Assembly (NCBI GenBank): GCA_963801355.1
Contig: CAWDEM010000008.1
Location: 96,001-160,000, forward strand
DNA from: Ignavibacteriota bacterium
GTDB taxonomy: Bacteria; Bacteroidota; Ignavibacteria; UBA10030; UBA6906
Direction of reading: 5' to 3'
Length of the DNA stretch: 64,000 nt
Made by a program: the position numbers and the translations under genes. Below, piece after piece: positions 30,277-39,898 of this stretch (position 1 is the stretch's first letter; each line of letters starts with the position of its first letter). A model generated the notes under the pieces. The model saw only the letters and a list, made by a program, of their open reading frames with translations. It did not search any database and was not told the origin of the DNA.

Positions 30277-30891
30277 TCAGCTCAGCCATGAGATATCGCC
30301 TGAGCCTTTACGGATCACAACCGGCGCTTCTCCGGTAAGATCGAGTACCGTGGATTGTTCGGAAGGGAGCACCCCGCCGTCGAGAATGAGGTCGACGGAG
30401 TTCCTGTATACATTTTTGATCTCTTCGGGATCGTGCAAGGCAGTGCCGTCTTCCCCGGTGGCGCTCGTACTGAGGATCGGGTGCCCGAGTTCCCTGACGA
30501 TCGCGAGTGTGGCTTTGCTGTCGGGGACGCGAACACCGACGGTCTTCCGTTTTGACACGAGGATTTTGGGAAGCTGTTTCATCCGCGCGGCCGGGAGGAT
30601 GAACGTATATGCGCCAGGGACGAGATGCTTCATGATCTTGAAGGCCGCGTTGCCCACCCGCGCGTATTCGCTGATGTTGGTGAGGTCGGAGCAGACGAAA
30701 CTGAATGGTTTGTCCACGCGCTGCCGCTTGATCAGATAGATCCGTTCAATCGCGTTCTTGTTTTCAATGCTGCAGCCGATGCCGTACACAGTGTCTGTTG
30801 GATAGATGATGATGCCGCCGGCGGCAAGGATTTCGGCCGCTTTCCGCACAACGCGTACCTCGGGCGTCACCGGATGTATCTTTAATATCAT
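30277..30891 (-). CDS. Sua5/YciO/YrdC family L-threonylcarbamoyladenylate synthase
   Basis: YPTDTVYGIGC, IKRQ, PGAYTFIL, TVGVRVP, STSA, STVLDL. Confidence 0.9.
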   Translation of the reverse strand: MILKIHPVTPEVRVVRKAAEILAAGGIIIYPTDTVYGIGCSIENKNAIERIYLIKRQRVDKPFSFVCSDLTNISEYARVGNAAFKIMKHLVPGAYTFILPAARMKQLPKILVSKRKTVGVRVPDSKATLAIVRELGHPILSTSATGEDGTALHDPEEIKNVYRNSVDLILDGGVLPSEQSTVLDLTGEAPVVIRKGSGDISWLS

Positions 30892-30918
30892 GAATGCTCC
30901 CCACTCCTGGGTGAGCAA

Positions 30919-30947
30919 ATTGTAGGAAGAATTGACGAGAATGGCAA
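30919..30947 (-). promoter_or_regulatory. Putative promoter for the sua5/yciO-like gene, overlapping the der start
   Basis: TTGCCA-17nt-TACAAT on minus strand. Confidence 0.45.
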
Positions 30948-32257
30948 TAACATCCCGGTGGCTAGTCGCACTTGTGGGACGACCGAACGTCGGGAAGTCC
31001 ACGCTCTTCAATCGCATCATCGGCTACCGGCGCGCGATCGTGCACGACCGGCCGGGCGTCACCCGGGACCGGCACTATGCCGATGCGGAGTGGGCGGGCA
31101 AGCAGTTCACGTTGATCGACACCGGCGGATTCGTCCCCGCCTCGGAAGATGTCATGGAGGTGGCGATCCGCGAGCAGGCACAGATCGCCATCGAAGAGGC
31201 GCAACAGGTGCTGTTCGTGGTGGACGGGGAGTCCGGGCTTCTCCCCGGCGACCGTGAAATCGCAGATGTGCTGCGGCGCGCTGAGAAATCAGTGCTGCTG
31301 ATAGTGAACAAGGCCGACAGCGAAAAGAGGGAACAGATGCTGGGAGAGTTCTACGCGCTCGGCCTCGGGGAACCGTTCCCCGTGTCGGCCCTCGGAGGTC
31401 GTCGTATCGGCGATCTGCTGGACGTCGTCACGCAGGCAATCCCCGCCACCGACGAGGAAACCACCGATTCCCGCCTGAAGATCGCGATTATCGGCAAGCC
31501 CAATGTCGGCAAGTCGTCCCTGGTGAACGCCTTGCTGCAGGAAGACCGGCACATCGTGACCGAAATTCCCGGCACCACCCGGGACCCCATCGATGCGGTG
31601 TTGAAGTACTACGGGGAAGAGCTGGTGCTCATCGATACGGCCGGTCTGCGCCGGAAGAGTCGCATCAAAGAATCGGTGGAACTTTTCAGCGCGGTCCGTA
31701 CGGTCAAGAGTATCGAACGTTGTGATGTGGCGGTGATCCTGATCGACGCGCAACAGGGGCTCGAGGCCCAGGATCTGCACGTACTGGTAACGGCAATGGA
31801 GAAACGCAAACCCACGGTGATTGCCGTGAACAAGTGGGATCTTGTCGAAAAGGATCAGCATACCGCAGCGGTCTTCGAACGGGCCTTACGTGAACGTCTC
31901 CGGCTGTACGACTTCCTCCCGATCATCTTCATTTCGGCGCTTGAGAAGCAAAGAATCTACAAGCTTATTGAAATGGCCAAGCAGGTGGATGCGGAGGGAC
32001 GCAAACGGATCACGACGAGCCAGCTGAACGCCGTGATGGTGGAGGAAATCGCCGCCCATCCGCCGAGCAGCAGGTCGGGGAAGGAGATCAAGATCAAGTT
32101 CGTGACGCAAGTGAAAATCCAGCCGCCCGTCTTCGCGTTCTTCTGCAATGATCCGCGCCTCATCGACGACTCGTACGTCCGGTTCCTGGAAAACCAACTG
32201 CGTGCGCATTTTGGATTCACGGGTGTGCCCATTGTGATTTCCCTGAAGAAGAAATAA
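30941..32257 (+). CDS. der: Ribosome biogenesis GTPase Der (EngA)
   Basis: Two G domains (GRPNVGKS/DTGG/NKAD and GKPNVGKS/DTAG/NKWD) plus KH-like tail. Confidence 0.97.
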   Translation: MAITSRWLVALVGRPNVGKSTLFNRIIGYRRAIVHDRPGVTRDRHYADAEWAGKQFTLIDTGGFVPASEDVMEVAIREQAQIAIEEAQQVLFVVDGESGLLPGDREIADVLRRAEKSVLLIVNKADSEKREQMLGEFYALGLGEPFPVSALGGRRIGDLLDVVTQAIPATDEETTDSRLKIAIIGKPNVGKSSLVNALLQEDRHIVTEIPGTTRDPIDAVLKYYGEELVLIDTAGLRRKSRIKESVELFSAVRTVKSIERCDVAVILIDAQQGLEAQDLHVLVTAMEKRKPTVIAVNKWDLVEKDQHTAAVFERALRERLRLYDFLPIIFISALEKQRIYKLIEMAKQVDAEGRKRITTSQLNAVMVEEIAAHPPSSRSGKEIKIKFVTQVKIQPPVFAFFCNDPRLIDDSYVRFLENQLRAHFGFTGVPIVISLKKK

Positions 32258-33633
32258 TGCCCGTAACGAAACGTATCCTGGTGATTGGAGGGGTGGCGGC
32301 GGGGCCGAGTGCCGCGAGCAAGGCCGCGCGGACAAACCCCGACGTCCAGGTCACGCTTTTCGAACAGACGGACAGCATCTCGTACGGCATTTGTGAAATC
32401 CCCTACTTTCTTGCAGGAGAGGTGCGCGCGGAAGATCTCGTAGTGCACACGCCGGGTAGCCTGGGGAAGGAGAAGGGCGTGGAAGTGCGTACGCTGCAAC
32501 GCGTAGAGTCAATCTCTCCCACACGCCGCAGTGTCACCGTGCGGGAATTGTCCGGCGGCAGAATCTACGAAGAACGGTATGACCGGCTGGTGATCGCGAC
32601 CGGCGCGAGGCCCCGGCCTCTCAATCTTGCCGGCGAAAACGGACGCAATGTGTTCACCGTCAGATCATTCGACGGTGCCATCGCCCTCCGGTCCTACCTG
32701 GAAAACGAGCACCCGCGACGCGCCGTAATCATAGGCGGCGGATACATCGGCATAGAAATGGGCGAGGCCCTCCGTCTCCGTGGCATGGAGGTCACCATTC
32801 TGGAACAGCGGGAAACTATCCTGGCAGACCTCGACCCTCCCGCGCGCAACTATGCCGGGGATCTTCTCACGTCGCACGGCATCACGGTGCTTCCACAATC
32901 CCTGGTCGTGGGCCTCCCGACCGATCAGACAAACCGCGTCACGCACGTTCTCACGTCCGACGGGACATTTGCGGCCGACCTCGTGATCGTGGCCGCCGGC
33001 ATCATCCCCGTGACAGGATTGGCTTCGGCCGCAGGGATCCGGCTGGGCACATCCGGCGGAATCCTGACCGACCAGCGGCAGCAGACGTCCGTGGAAGGCA
33101 TCTTTGCAGCGGGTGATTGCTGCGAGTACAGAGATATCATCACCAGGAAGTCCGTCTATGCTCCGCTGGCAACGAATGGCAACCGCGCCGGGTGGGTTGC
33201 CGGAGAGAATGCCGCAGGTGGAAGGGCTTTCTTCCCCGGCGTGTTGCGGAGTGTGGCGTTGAGGGTGTTTGAAGGGCAGGTGGCACGCGTTGGACTCGCC
33301 GCGCATGAAGCACAGCGGGCAGGATTCCATCCGGTCAGTGAGACCATCACCGCCCGGTCGCGTGTGGCCGTCATGCCCGGAAGCGTCCCGCTGGGAATCA
33401 CGCTCACCGCGGACCGTGAAAGCGGCAGAGTGCTCGGCGGCGCGCTCTGGGGCACCGAAGGTGCCGTTCTGCGCAGTCATGCGCTCGCCCTTGCGATCCA
33501 GCAGGGCCTGACCCTGGAGCAATTTCAGAAAACCGATTTCGCCTACGCGCCCTCCTTCGCACCGCTCCGGGATCCGTTGCTGGTGGCGGCGAACGTGCTC
33601 GAGAGAGTCCGGCTACGCGGAACCCGACCATGA
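32257..33633 (+). CDS. CoA-disulfide reductase/NADH oxidase-like flavoprotein
   Basis: GGVAAG, SYGICEIPY redox Cys, GGGYIG, AAGDC, YAPSFAP. Confidence 0.85.
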   Translation: MPVTKRILVIGGVAAGPSAASKAARTNPDVQVTLFEQTDSISYGICEIPYFLAGEVRAEDLVVHTPGSLGKEKGVEVRTLQRVESISPTRRSVTVRELSGGRIYEERYDRLVIATGARPRPLNLAGENGRNVFTVRSFDGAIALRSYLENEHPRRAVIIGGGYIGIEMGEALRLRGMEVTILEQRETILADLDPPARNYAGDLLTSHGITVLPQSLVVGLPTDQTNRVTHVLTSDGTFAADLVIVAAGIIPVTGLASAAGIRLGTSGGILTDQRQQTSVEGIFAAGDCCEYRDIITRKSVYAPLATNGNRAGWVAGENAAGGRAFFPGVLRSVALRVFEGQVARVGLAAHEAQRAGFHPVSETITARSRVAVMPGSVPLGITLTADRESGRVLGGALWGTEGAVLRSHALALAIQQGLTLEQFQKTDFAYAPSFAPLRDPLLVAANVLERVRLRGTRP

Positions 33634-34259
33634 AACATCTGACGATCATCGATCATCCGCTCATCAAGCGCGATCTCACTATTATCCGGGACGCAAAAAC
33701 GGACAACCATCTCTTCCGGACGACATTGCGGCGCATCTCCTCCATCATGGCATTTACCGTGACGCATGATCTCCGGCTGAAGAAAACCCGCGTGCAGACG
33801 CCGCTTGAAAAGACCGACGGGTGTGTTCTCGGCGAGGACATCGTCGTTGTGCCCGTGCTGCGTGCGGGGCTCGGACTCATCGACGGATTCCTGGATGTCC
33901 TGCCCGAAGCGCGTGTCGGCCACGTTGGACTCTACCGGAACGAAACGACGCTCGAGCCGGTGGACTACTATTCGAAGTTTCCCCGGGGGTTGGGACGCAG
34001 CCTCGTGCTCCTGCTCGACCCGATGCTTGCCACCGGTGGGAGCGCGACCGCGGCAATCACATTTCTGAAGCGCCGCGGGGCAAAACGCATCCGCTTTGTG
34101 GCCCTGGTCGCAGCGCCGGAAGGCGTGCGAAAGCTGAAGCAGCATCACCCGGATGTCCCCATATTCTCCGCTGTCCTTGACCGGCAACTTAATGCGCGGG
34201 GCTATATTCTGCCGGGCCTCGGCGATGCGGGCGACCGCATGTTCGGCACCGAACGATAG
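33630..34259 (+). CDS. upp: Uracil phosphoribosyltransferase
   Basis: VPVLRAG, DPMLATGGS, YILPGLGDAGDR. Confidence 0.96.
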   Translation: MKHLTIIDHPLIKRDLTIIRDAKTDNHLFRTTLRRISSIMAFTVTHDLRLKKTRVQTPLEKTDGCVLGEDIVVVPVLRAGLGLIDGFLDVLPEARVGHVGLYRNETTLEPVDYYSKFPRGLGRSLVLLLDPMLATGGSATAAITFLKRRGAKRIRFVALVAAPEGVRKLKQHHPDVPIFSAVLDRQLNARGYILPGLGDAGDRMFGTER

Positions 34260-34276
34260 GCCTCCGTCCGCGCAGC

Positions 34277-34305
34277 TTGACAATACCTCCCGGAGCACCT
34301 ATATT
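34277..34305 (+). promoter_or_regulatory. Sigma70-type promoter for relA/spoT
   Basis: TTGACA-17nt-TATATT. Confidence 0.7.
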
Positions 34306-34334
34306 TTTTAAAGGGGTTCCAGACGCCGGTAACC

Positions 34335-36521
34335 ATGACAAACCCGAAGTACAAAAAAAAGCTTGACGATCTTCTACTCATCTGTCAGAAGAGCCTTCCG
34401 CGGGTGGATGAAACCCTGATCCGGCGCGCCTTCGATTTCAGCTTCAACGCGCACCGTCATGACATCCGGGCATCCGGCGAGCCCTTTTTCGACCATCCCT
34501 ATGCGGTTGCCAGGATCGTCGCCAAAGAAATCCCGCTCGATGATATCTCCGTCGCGGCCGCCCTGCTCCATGATGTGGCGGAGGATACGGAGTATCAGAT
34601 CAAGGACATCCGCGAGGAATTCGGCAACACGATTGCCGACATCGTCGACGGCGCCACCAAAATTTCCGATATCTTCAAAAGCCACGACGTCACCCAGGCG
34701 GAGAGCTATCGTAAGATGCTGCTCTCCATGATGAACGACATCCGGGTGATGCTCGTGAAGTTCGCGGACCGTCTCCACAACATGCGAACGCTCGAATACC
34801 TGCCGGTGGAGAAACAGCGCCGGCTGGCGAAGGAAACCCTCGACATCTATGCCCCGTTTGCGCACCGGTTCGGTCTGGCAAACATCAAGTGGGAACTGGA
34901 AGACCTTTCATTCAAGCATATTCAGCGTGATGCGTACGATCAGATCGCCCGGGATCTGAAATCACGCCGTCGCGAACGAGAGCACTACATTCGCAAATTC
35001 TCCCAGCCCCTCGAGCGGCGGCTGAAAGACTCCGGCTACAAGTTCGAAATCAGCGGACGCCCAAAGCACATCTACAGCATCTACAACAAGATGATCAAGC
35101 GGAACAAACCGCTTGAAGAAGTCTATGACCTCTTCGCCGTGAGGATCATCCTGGACACAGATGACCCGAATGATTGTTTTGGCGTCTACGGCATCGTGTC
35201 CGATACCTACATGCCGAATCCCGAGCGCTTCAAGAACTATATCTCCGTCCCCAAGAAGAACGGATATCAATCCATCCATACGACCGTTGTCGGCCCGGAA
35301 GGGCGTATGGTGGAGGTCCAGATCCGGACGCGGGCAATGCATGAGGTGGCGGAACGGGGTGTGGCGGCGCACTGGATGTACAAGGAGAGCGTCGCCAGCG
35401 TGGACCCGGAACTCGCCAACTGGGTGAGCTGGGTGCGCGAGATCTTTGAGACCGCACAGGAAGGTCAGGTGCCGACTCAGCAGCTGATGGAGAGCTTCAA
35501 ACTCAATTTGTACCAGGACGAGATCTATCTCTTCACTCCCAAGGGTGACCTGAAGATCCTTCCGAGCGGCTCCACCCCGATAGACTTTGCCTATGAGATC
35601 CACTCGAAAGTGGGCGACCACACGCTGGCGGCAAAAGTAAACGGCCGCATTGTGCCCCTGGACACGAAATTGAAAAGCGGCGACCAGGTAGAGATCCTGA
35701 CCTCCAAAAGCCAGGCACCGAATCCCGACTGGGAAAAGTCTGTTGTCACGCACAAGGCCAAATCGCACATCCGGCGCTGGATCAAGGAAGAGCAGCGCAA
35801 AGTCATCGAAGAAGGCCGCGAACTCTGGGAAAAACGTCTCAAGAAGTCCAAGCTGAGCCTCAATGAAGACGACCTCGCGCAGTTCCTGCGTGAAAGGAAA
35901 ATCGACGGGGTCATGTCGCTGTATCTGGGAGTACGCGACGGCACGATTGACCCGGATGACCTTATAGCGCAATTTCAGGAAGAACAGAAACACCCTTCGC
36001 CGGCCGGACAGGAAGACACGCGCATCGACGGTTTGTTCAACCGCTTCATCACCACCGCGCGCGGCGTTTCCCCGGGAATTATCTTGGATGGTGCACAGGA
36101 CAATTTCCTGCACAACTACGCAAAATGCTGCCAGCCGCTTCCCGGGGATGATGTGGTGGGTTTCGTGACCACCGGCGAGGGGATCAAGATTCACCGGCGC
36201 ACGTGCCATAACATGCAGTCCATGATGCAGACCGCGCCTGACCGGATTGTGGAGGTGCACCTCCCCGGGGAACAAGGGACGCTCTTTGTCGCCGGCATAC
36301 GCGTCTCGGGTGATGACAGGCCTGGACTGCTCAACGAACTCACGCATGCAATCTCCGGGTATCTGAACACCAACATCCGGAGCGTGAGCATTGATTCAGC
36401 CGATGGTCGTTTTGACGGCACATTTATCGTGAATGTGGAGAATACCGATCACCTCGCGCGGATTGTGGAAAAGATCCACCGGGTACCCGGAGTCAAGAAG
36501 GCGGCACGTTTTGAAGAATAA
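34335..36521 (+). CDS. relA: Bifunctional (p)ppGpp synthetase/hydrolase (long RSH)
   Basis: HD domain (LLHDVAEDT), synthetase (RPKH, YQSIHT, EVQIRT), TGS, CC and ACT domains. Confidence 0.95.
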   Translation: MTNPKYKKKLDDLLLICQKSLPRVDETLIRRAFDFSFNAHRHDIRASGEPFFDHPYAVARIVAKEIPLDDISVAAALLHDVAEDTEYQIKDIREEFGNTIADIVDGATKISDIFKSHDVTQAESYRKMLLSMMNDIRVMLVKFADRLHNMRTLEYLPVEKQRRLAKETLDIYAPFAHRFGLANIKWELEDLSFKHIQRDAYDQIARDLKSRRREREHYIRKFSQPLERRLKDSGYKFEISGRPKHIYSIYNKMIKRNKPLEEVYDLFAVRIILDTDDPNDCFGVYGIVSDTYMPNPERFKNYISVPKKNGYQSIHTTVVGPEGRMVEVQIRTRAMHEVAERGVAAHWMYKESVASVDPELANWVSWVREIFETAQEGQVPTQQLMESFKLNLYQDEIYLFTPKGDLKILPSGSTPIDFAYEIHSKVGDHTLAAKVNGRIVPLDTKLKSGDQVEILTSKSQAPNPDWEKSVVTHKAKSHIRRWIKEEQRKVIEEGRELWEKRLKKSKLSLNEDDLAQFLRERKIDGVMSLYLGVRDGTIDPDDLIAQFQEEQKHPSPAGQEDTRIDGLFNRFITTARGVSPGIILDGAQDNFLHNYAKCCQPLPGDDVVGFVTTGEGIKIHRRTCHNMQSMMQTAPDRIVEVHLPGEQGTLFVAGIRVSGDDRPGLLNELTHAISGYLNTNIRSVSIDSADGRFDGTFIVNVENTDHLARIVEKIHRVPGVKKAARFEE

Positions 36522-36533
36522 GCGGTTCGAACG

Positions 36534-36953
36534 ATGATCGGGCGCGCGCTGGGCATCGACTACGGGAGTCGGCGGGTTGGATTGGCGTTGAGCGATCCGT
36601 TGCGTGTCATTGCGGGTGGTGCCGGCGTGCTGCAGAATTCGGCGGCGCTGATCACGGCGCTGGCCCGTTTTGTGAACGAACACCAGGTGGTGGTGGTCGT
36701 GGTGGGCATGCCGTACGCTCCAGACGGCGGTGCCGGAAAAAAAGGAGAAGAAGTCGGCCGGTTCATCCAGCAGCTGCAGCATGCGATCGCGGTGCCGGTC
36801 ACGACGTGGGATGAGAGCTACACCACCGTGGAAGCGAGTGCGGCACTCCGCAGCGGTGGGATGAAAAAAAAGCAGCGTCGTCGCAAGGGCGTCCTTGACG
36901 AGATGGCGGCGCGTGTGCTGCTGCAAGAATATCTGGATGCGCACAACGAATGA
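36534..36953 (+). CDS. ruvX: YqgF/RuvX putative pre-16S rRNA nuclease
   Basis: LGIDYGSRRVGLALSD, VVGMP, WDESYTT, DEMAA. Confidence 0.93.
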   Translation: MIGRALGIDYGSRRVGLALSDPLRVIAGGAGVLQNSAALITALARFVNEHQVVVVVVGMPYAPDGGAGKKGEEVGRFIQQLQHAIAVPVTTWDESYTTVEASAALRSGGMKKKQRRRKGVLDEMAARVLLQEYLDAHNE

Positions 36954-36995
36954 GCGCACAAAGCCGTTTTTTCGGATCATCCGTAGGGCCCATCG

Positions 36996-37910
36996 TTGGC
37001 AGAACAACCCGTTGAATCGACAGAGAGCACCGGCGCAACACCTCCGGGACGCCTGCAGCGCGCCGCGGCGTGGATTCGCGGGCACAAGTGGAAGACGCTC
37101 TTTCTCACGGTGGGGGCATTTGTTCTTGTGGAATTTCTCACCCTGCCGTTTCTCGGCGTCGTTCGTCTGAAATCCGAGAATCCGTCCGAGACCGCCCTCA
37201 TGCGTCAGCGTCTCTCCGAAGCCGAGGAGGAGGGCAAGCCGTTAAGGATCGTCAAGCAATGGGTGCCCCTTTCCCGGGTGCCGAAGCACGTCATCAACGC
37301 GATCATCGTCGCGGAGGACGGCACGTTTTTCGAACATGGCGGGATTGATTGGTTCGAGGTACAGGAGTCGTTTGAAAAGAACCTTGAAGAGGGAAGACCC
37401 GCGCGTGGTGCCAGCACCATCACCCAGCAACTTGCCAAGAATCTTTTTCTTTCGACGTCCAAGGACCCGATCAGGAAGCTGAAAGAAGCGGCTATCACGC
37501 TCCTGATGGAGCGGGTGCTGCCGAAGCAGCGCATCCTCGAGCTCTACCTGAATATCGTGGAGTGGGGGAGGGGGGTTTTCGGCATTGAAGCGGCCGCGCG
37601 GACGTACTTCGGCAAATCCGCTTCGCAGCTGACCGTGGATGAGGCAGCCCGTCTTGCCGCCGTGATTCCCAGCCCGCTGCGTCACAGGCCGAACAGTGAC
37701 AGCCGTTACGTCATGCGCCGCAAAGCCATCGTGCTGGGACGCATGGCATCACGCCAATGGATTCCGGATTCCACGGAAGACGAAAGGGATCCCGGTGTTC
37801 TGTCCCGGGCGGCACCCGGAGATTCAACAGCGGTTCCTCCGGCGCCGGATACCACTGTGACGCAGCAGGGGAGTGAAAATGGATTACCGGGACGTCAATC
37901 GCCTGATTGA
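36996..37910 (+). CDS. mtgA: Monofunctional peptidoglycan transglycosylase
   Basis: AEDGTFFEHGGID, RGASTITQQLAKNLFL, RKLKE, YLNIVEWG. Confidence 0.9.
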   Translation: MAEQPVESTESTGATPPGRLQRAAAWIRGHKWKTLFLTVGAFVLVEFLTLPFLGVVRLKSENPSETALMRQRLSEAEEEGKPLRIVKQWVPLSRVPKHVINAIIVAEDGTFFEHGGIDWFEVQESFEKNLEEGRPARGASTITQQLAKNLFLSTSKDPIRKLKEAAITLLMERVLPKQRILELYLNIVEWGRGVFGIEAAARTYFGKSASQLTVDEAARLAAVIPSPLRHRPNSDSRYVMRRKAIVLGRMASRQWIPDSTEDERDPGVLSRAAPGDSTAVPPAPDTTVTQQGSENGLPGRQSPD

Positions 37911-38574
37911 TCAGGGCGAAGGATTCACCATTGAATTCAAGCGCAAGGTTTCCACACCGGAAAAGATCGCCCGCGCACTGATCGCCTTCGCGAACACGAA
38001 GGGCGGACATATCCTGTTCGGTGTGGACGATGACGGCTCGATCATCGGTGTGGAGAGCGAGAAGAGCGAAGCCGCGCTCATTCTGGAGGCGGGCACGGTG
38101 TTCTGCGAGCCGGAAATCCTGCCTGTGATCGACATCGTGCCCTTCCACGGGAAAGATGTGATCGTGGCGACGGTCATGGAAAGTGCCGACAAGCCGCATT
38201 ATTTCACCGGGCCCACCAACGGATCACCGGAAAGCACCGAAGGAACCCGCGTCTTCATCCGAGTGAACGACAAGACGGTCATGGCGAGCAAAGAGGTCGT
38301 GAAGATTCTGCGCAATGAACGGGCGGATGCCCCGCCGGTGCGGATTGAATTCGGAGAAAATGAGAAAAGGCTCTTCCAGTATCTCGATGCACACGAGAGG
38401 ATCACCGCGAAGGAGTTCAGCAATCTTGTGAACATTTCCGAACACCGGGCTTCGCGCATACTCGTCGGACTCGTGCGCGCGGGCGTCATACGAATTCACA
38501 CGCTCGAACGTACGGATTTCTTCACGCTTGCCTACGACGTCAACGGCCCCGCTTCGACTCCTGCCAGATTCTGA
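37879..38574 (+). CDS. AlbA_2 (Schlafen-like) domain protein with C-terminal wHTH
   Basis: GEGFTIEFK, AFANTKGGHILFGVDDDG; C-terminal HTH-like ITAKEFSNLVNISEHRASRIL. Confidence 0.85.
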   Translation: MDYRDVNRLIDQGEGFTIEFKRKVSTPEKIARALIAFANTKGGHILFGVDDDGSIIGVESEKSEAALILEAGTVFCEPEILPVIDIVPFHGKDVIVATVMESADKPHYFTGPTNGSPESTEGTRVFIRVNDKTVMASKEVVKILRNERADAPPVRIEFGENEKRLFQYLDAHERITAKEFSNLVNISEHRASRILVGLVRAGVIRIHTLERTDFFTLAYDVNGPASTPARF

Positions 38575-39088
38575 CCAGCTCAAAGATCGCGATCCCATAG
38601 GCGACCGCGGCATTCAGAGATTGCTTCACGCCGTACATCGGTATGTCGATTGCCAGGTCGGCTCCGGCGACCACGGCGGGGGAGACTCCGGTCAGCTCGT
38701 TTCCGACGACGAGACAGAGCGGGAAAAGATCGGGCGTGATGTTGTAGTAGGGGATGCTTTCGGTGGTATGTTCGAGGACGCAGATCCTGGCGCCGTGACG
38801 CCGCGCCTCGGCGGCACCTTCGAGAGGGTCGCGGAAGAATTTCCAGGGCACAGTGGATGTCGCCCCGAGGGCGGTCTTGTCGATTTCTTTGCGCGGGGGA
38901 TGGGGTGTGAAGCCGCAGAGCAGAAGACTTTCGACGCGGGCGCCGTCAGAGGTTCGGAAGACAGATCCTACATTATACAGGGAACGGATATTGTCCAGCA
39001 TCCCGATGATCGGCAATCGCTCAATTTGGGCGATTTTGGGGGCTGGGACCCGGCGGGTGGAGATCTCTTCATGGGTCAGTTTGCGCAT
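38540..39088 (-). CDS. TrmH/SpoU family RNA methyltransferase
   Basis: LDNIRSLYNVGSVFRT, VGNELTGV, IPMYGVKQSLN. Confidence 0.92.
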   Translation of the reverse strand: MRKLTHEEISTRRVPAPKIAQIERLPIIGMLDNIRSLYNVGSVFRTSDGARVESLLLCGFTPHPPRKEIDKTALGATSTVPWKFFRDPLEGAAEARRHGARICVLEHTTESIPYYNITPDLFPLCLVVGNELTGVSPAVVAGADLAIDIPMYGVKQSLNAAVAYGIAIFELVRIWQESKRGR

Positions 39089-39108
39089 GGCGGTCCGTAT
39101 TTCCATAG

Positions 39109-39181
39109 AATATATGGAATTGGGAGTGCCTGTCAAGCACGGGGCAAAATAGTTGCCATGTGTTTCCGATTTACGTATATT
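39109..39181. promoter_or_regulatory. Back-to-back divergent promoters (trmH-like gene and cmk operon)
   Basis: Minus: TTGACA-16-TATATT (39136-39109). Plus: TTGCCA-17-TATATT (39153-39181). Confidence 0.65.
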
Positions 39182-39205
39182 TAATTCCTTTGCGGAAGTA
39201 TCTGA

Positions 39206-39898
39206 TTGAGCTCGCGGAAGCTTGTGATTGCCATAGACGGCCCTGCGGCGTCGGGAAAAAGCACGACGGCCAGACTGGTCGCCGAGCGGCTGGGCTATCT
39301 TCATGTTGACACCGGCGCGATGTATCGGGCGGTGGCACTCAAGGTGCTGCGACAGCGCATTGGAGTGCACGAGAGGGAGCGTATAGCGGCGTTGATGTCG
39401 GCCACGAGTGTGGCGCTGAAATTGAGAGACGGGGCCTCCCGGGTGTTGTTGGACGGTGAAGACGTGACCGATGCAATCCGCACGCCGGAAGTCTCAAAAG
39501 GTGTCAGTCCTGTCAGCAGCTACCCGGAAGTCCGCCGTGCCATGGTCCGGGAGCAGCGTTTTCTGGGAGCAGAGGGGGGAATCGTGATGGACGGCCGGGA
39601 CATCGGGACGGTGGTGTTTCCCGAGGCCGATCTGAAATTCTACATGGTCGCGGGCATTGAAGCCCGTGCCAGGCGGCGTCAGAAAGAACTTGCAGTCAAG
39701 GGAACTGACCTGCCTCTGGATGCCGTTCTAAAGGATATACAGGAGCGTGACTCCCGGGATGCGGGTCGCGCTGTGTCGCCCCTGCGGCGGGCCGATGATG
39801 CAATTGAAATTGACACGTCGGTCATGACCATTGAAGAGCAGGTGCTGCTTGTCCTCGAGAAAGTGTCCGGAAAAGTGCAGGAGCGTGAGATTCGATGA
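39206..39898 (+). CDS. cmk: Cytidylate kinase
   Basis: IAIDGPAASGKST, DTGAMYR, DGRDIGTVVFP. Confidence 0.96.
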   Translation: MSSRKLVIAIDGPAASGKSTTARLVAERLGYLHVDTGAMYRAVALKVLRQRIGVHERERIAALMSATSVALKLRDGASRVLLDGEDVTDAIRTPEVSKGVSPVSSYPEVRRAMVREQRFLGAEGGIVMDGRDIGTVVFPEADLKFYMVAGIEARARRRQKELAVKGTDLPLDAVLKDIQERDSRDAGRAVSPLRRADDAIEIDTSVMTIEEQVLLVLEKVSGKVQEREIR

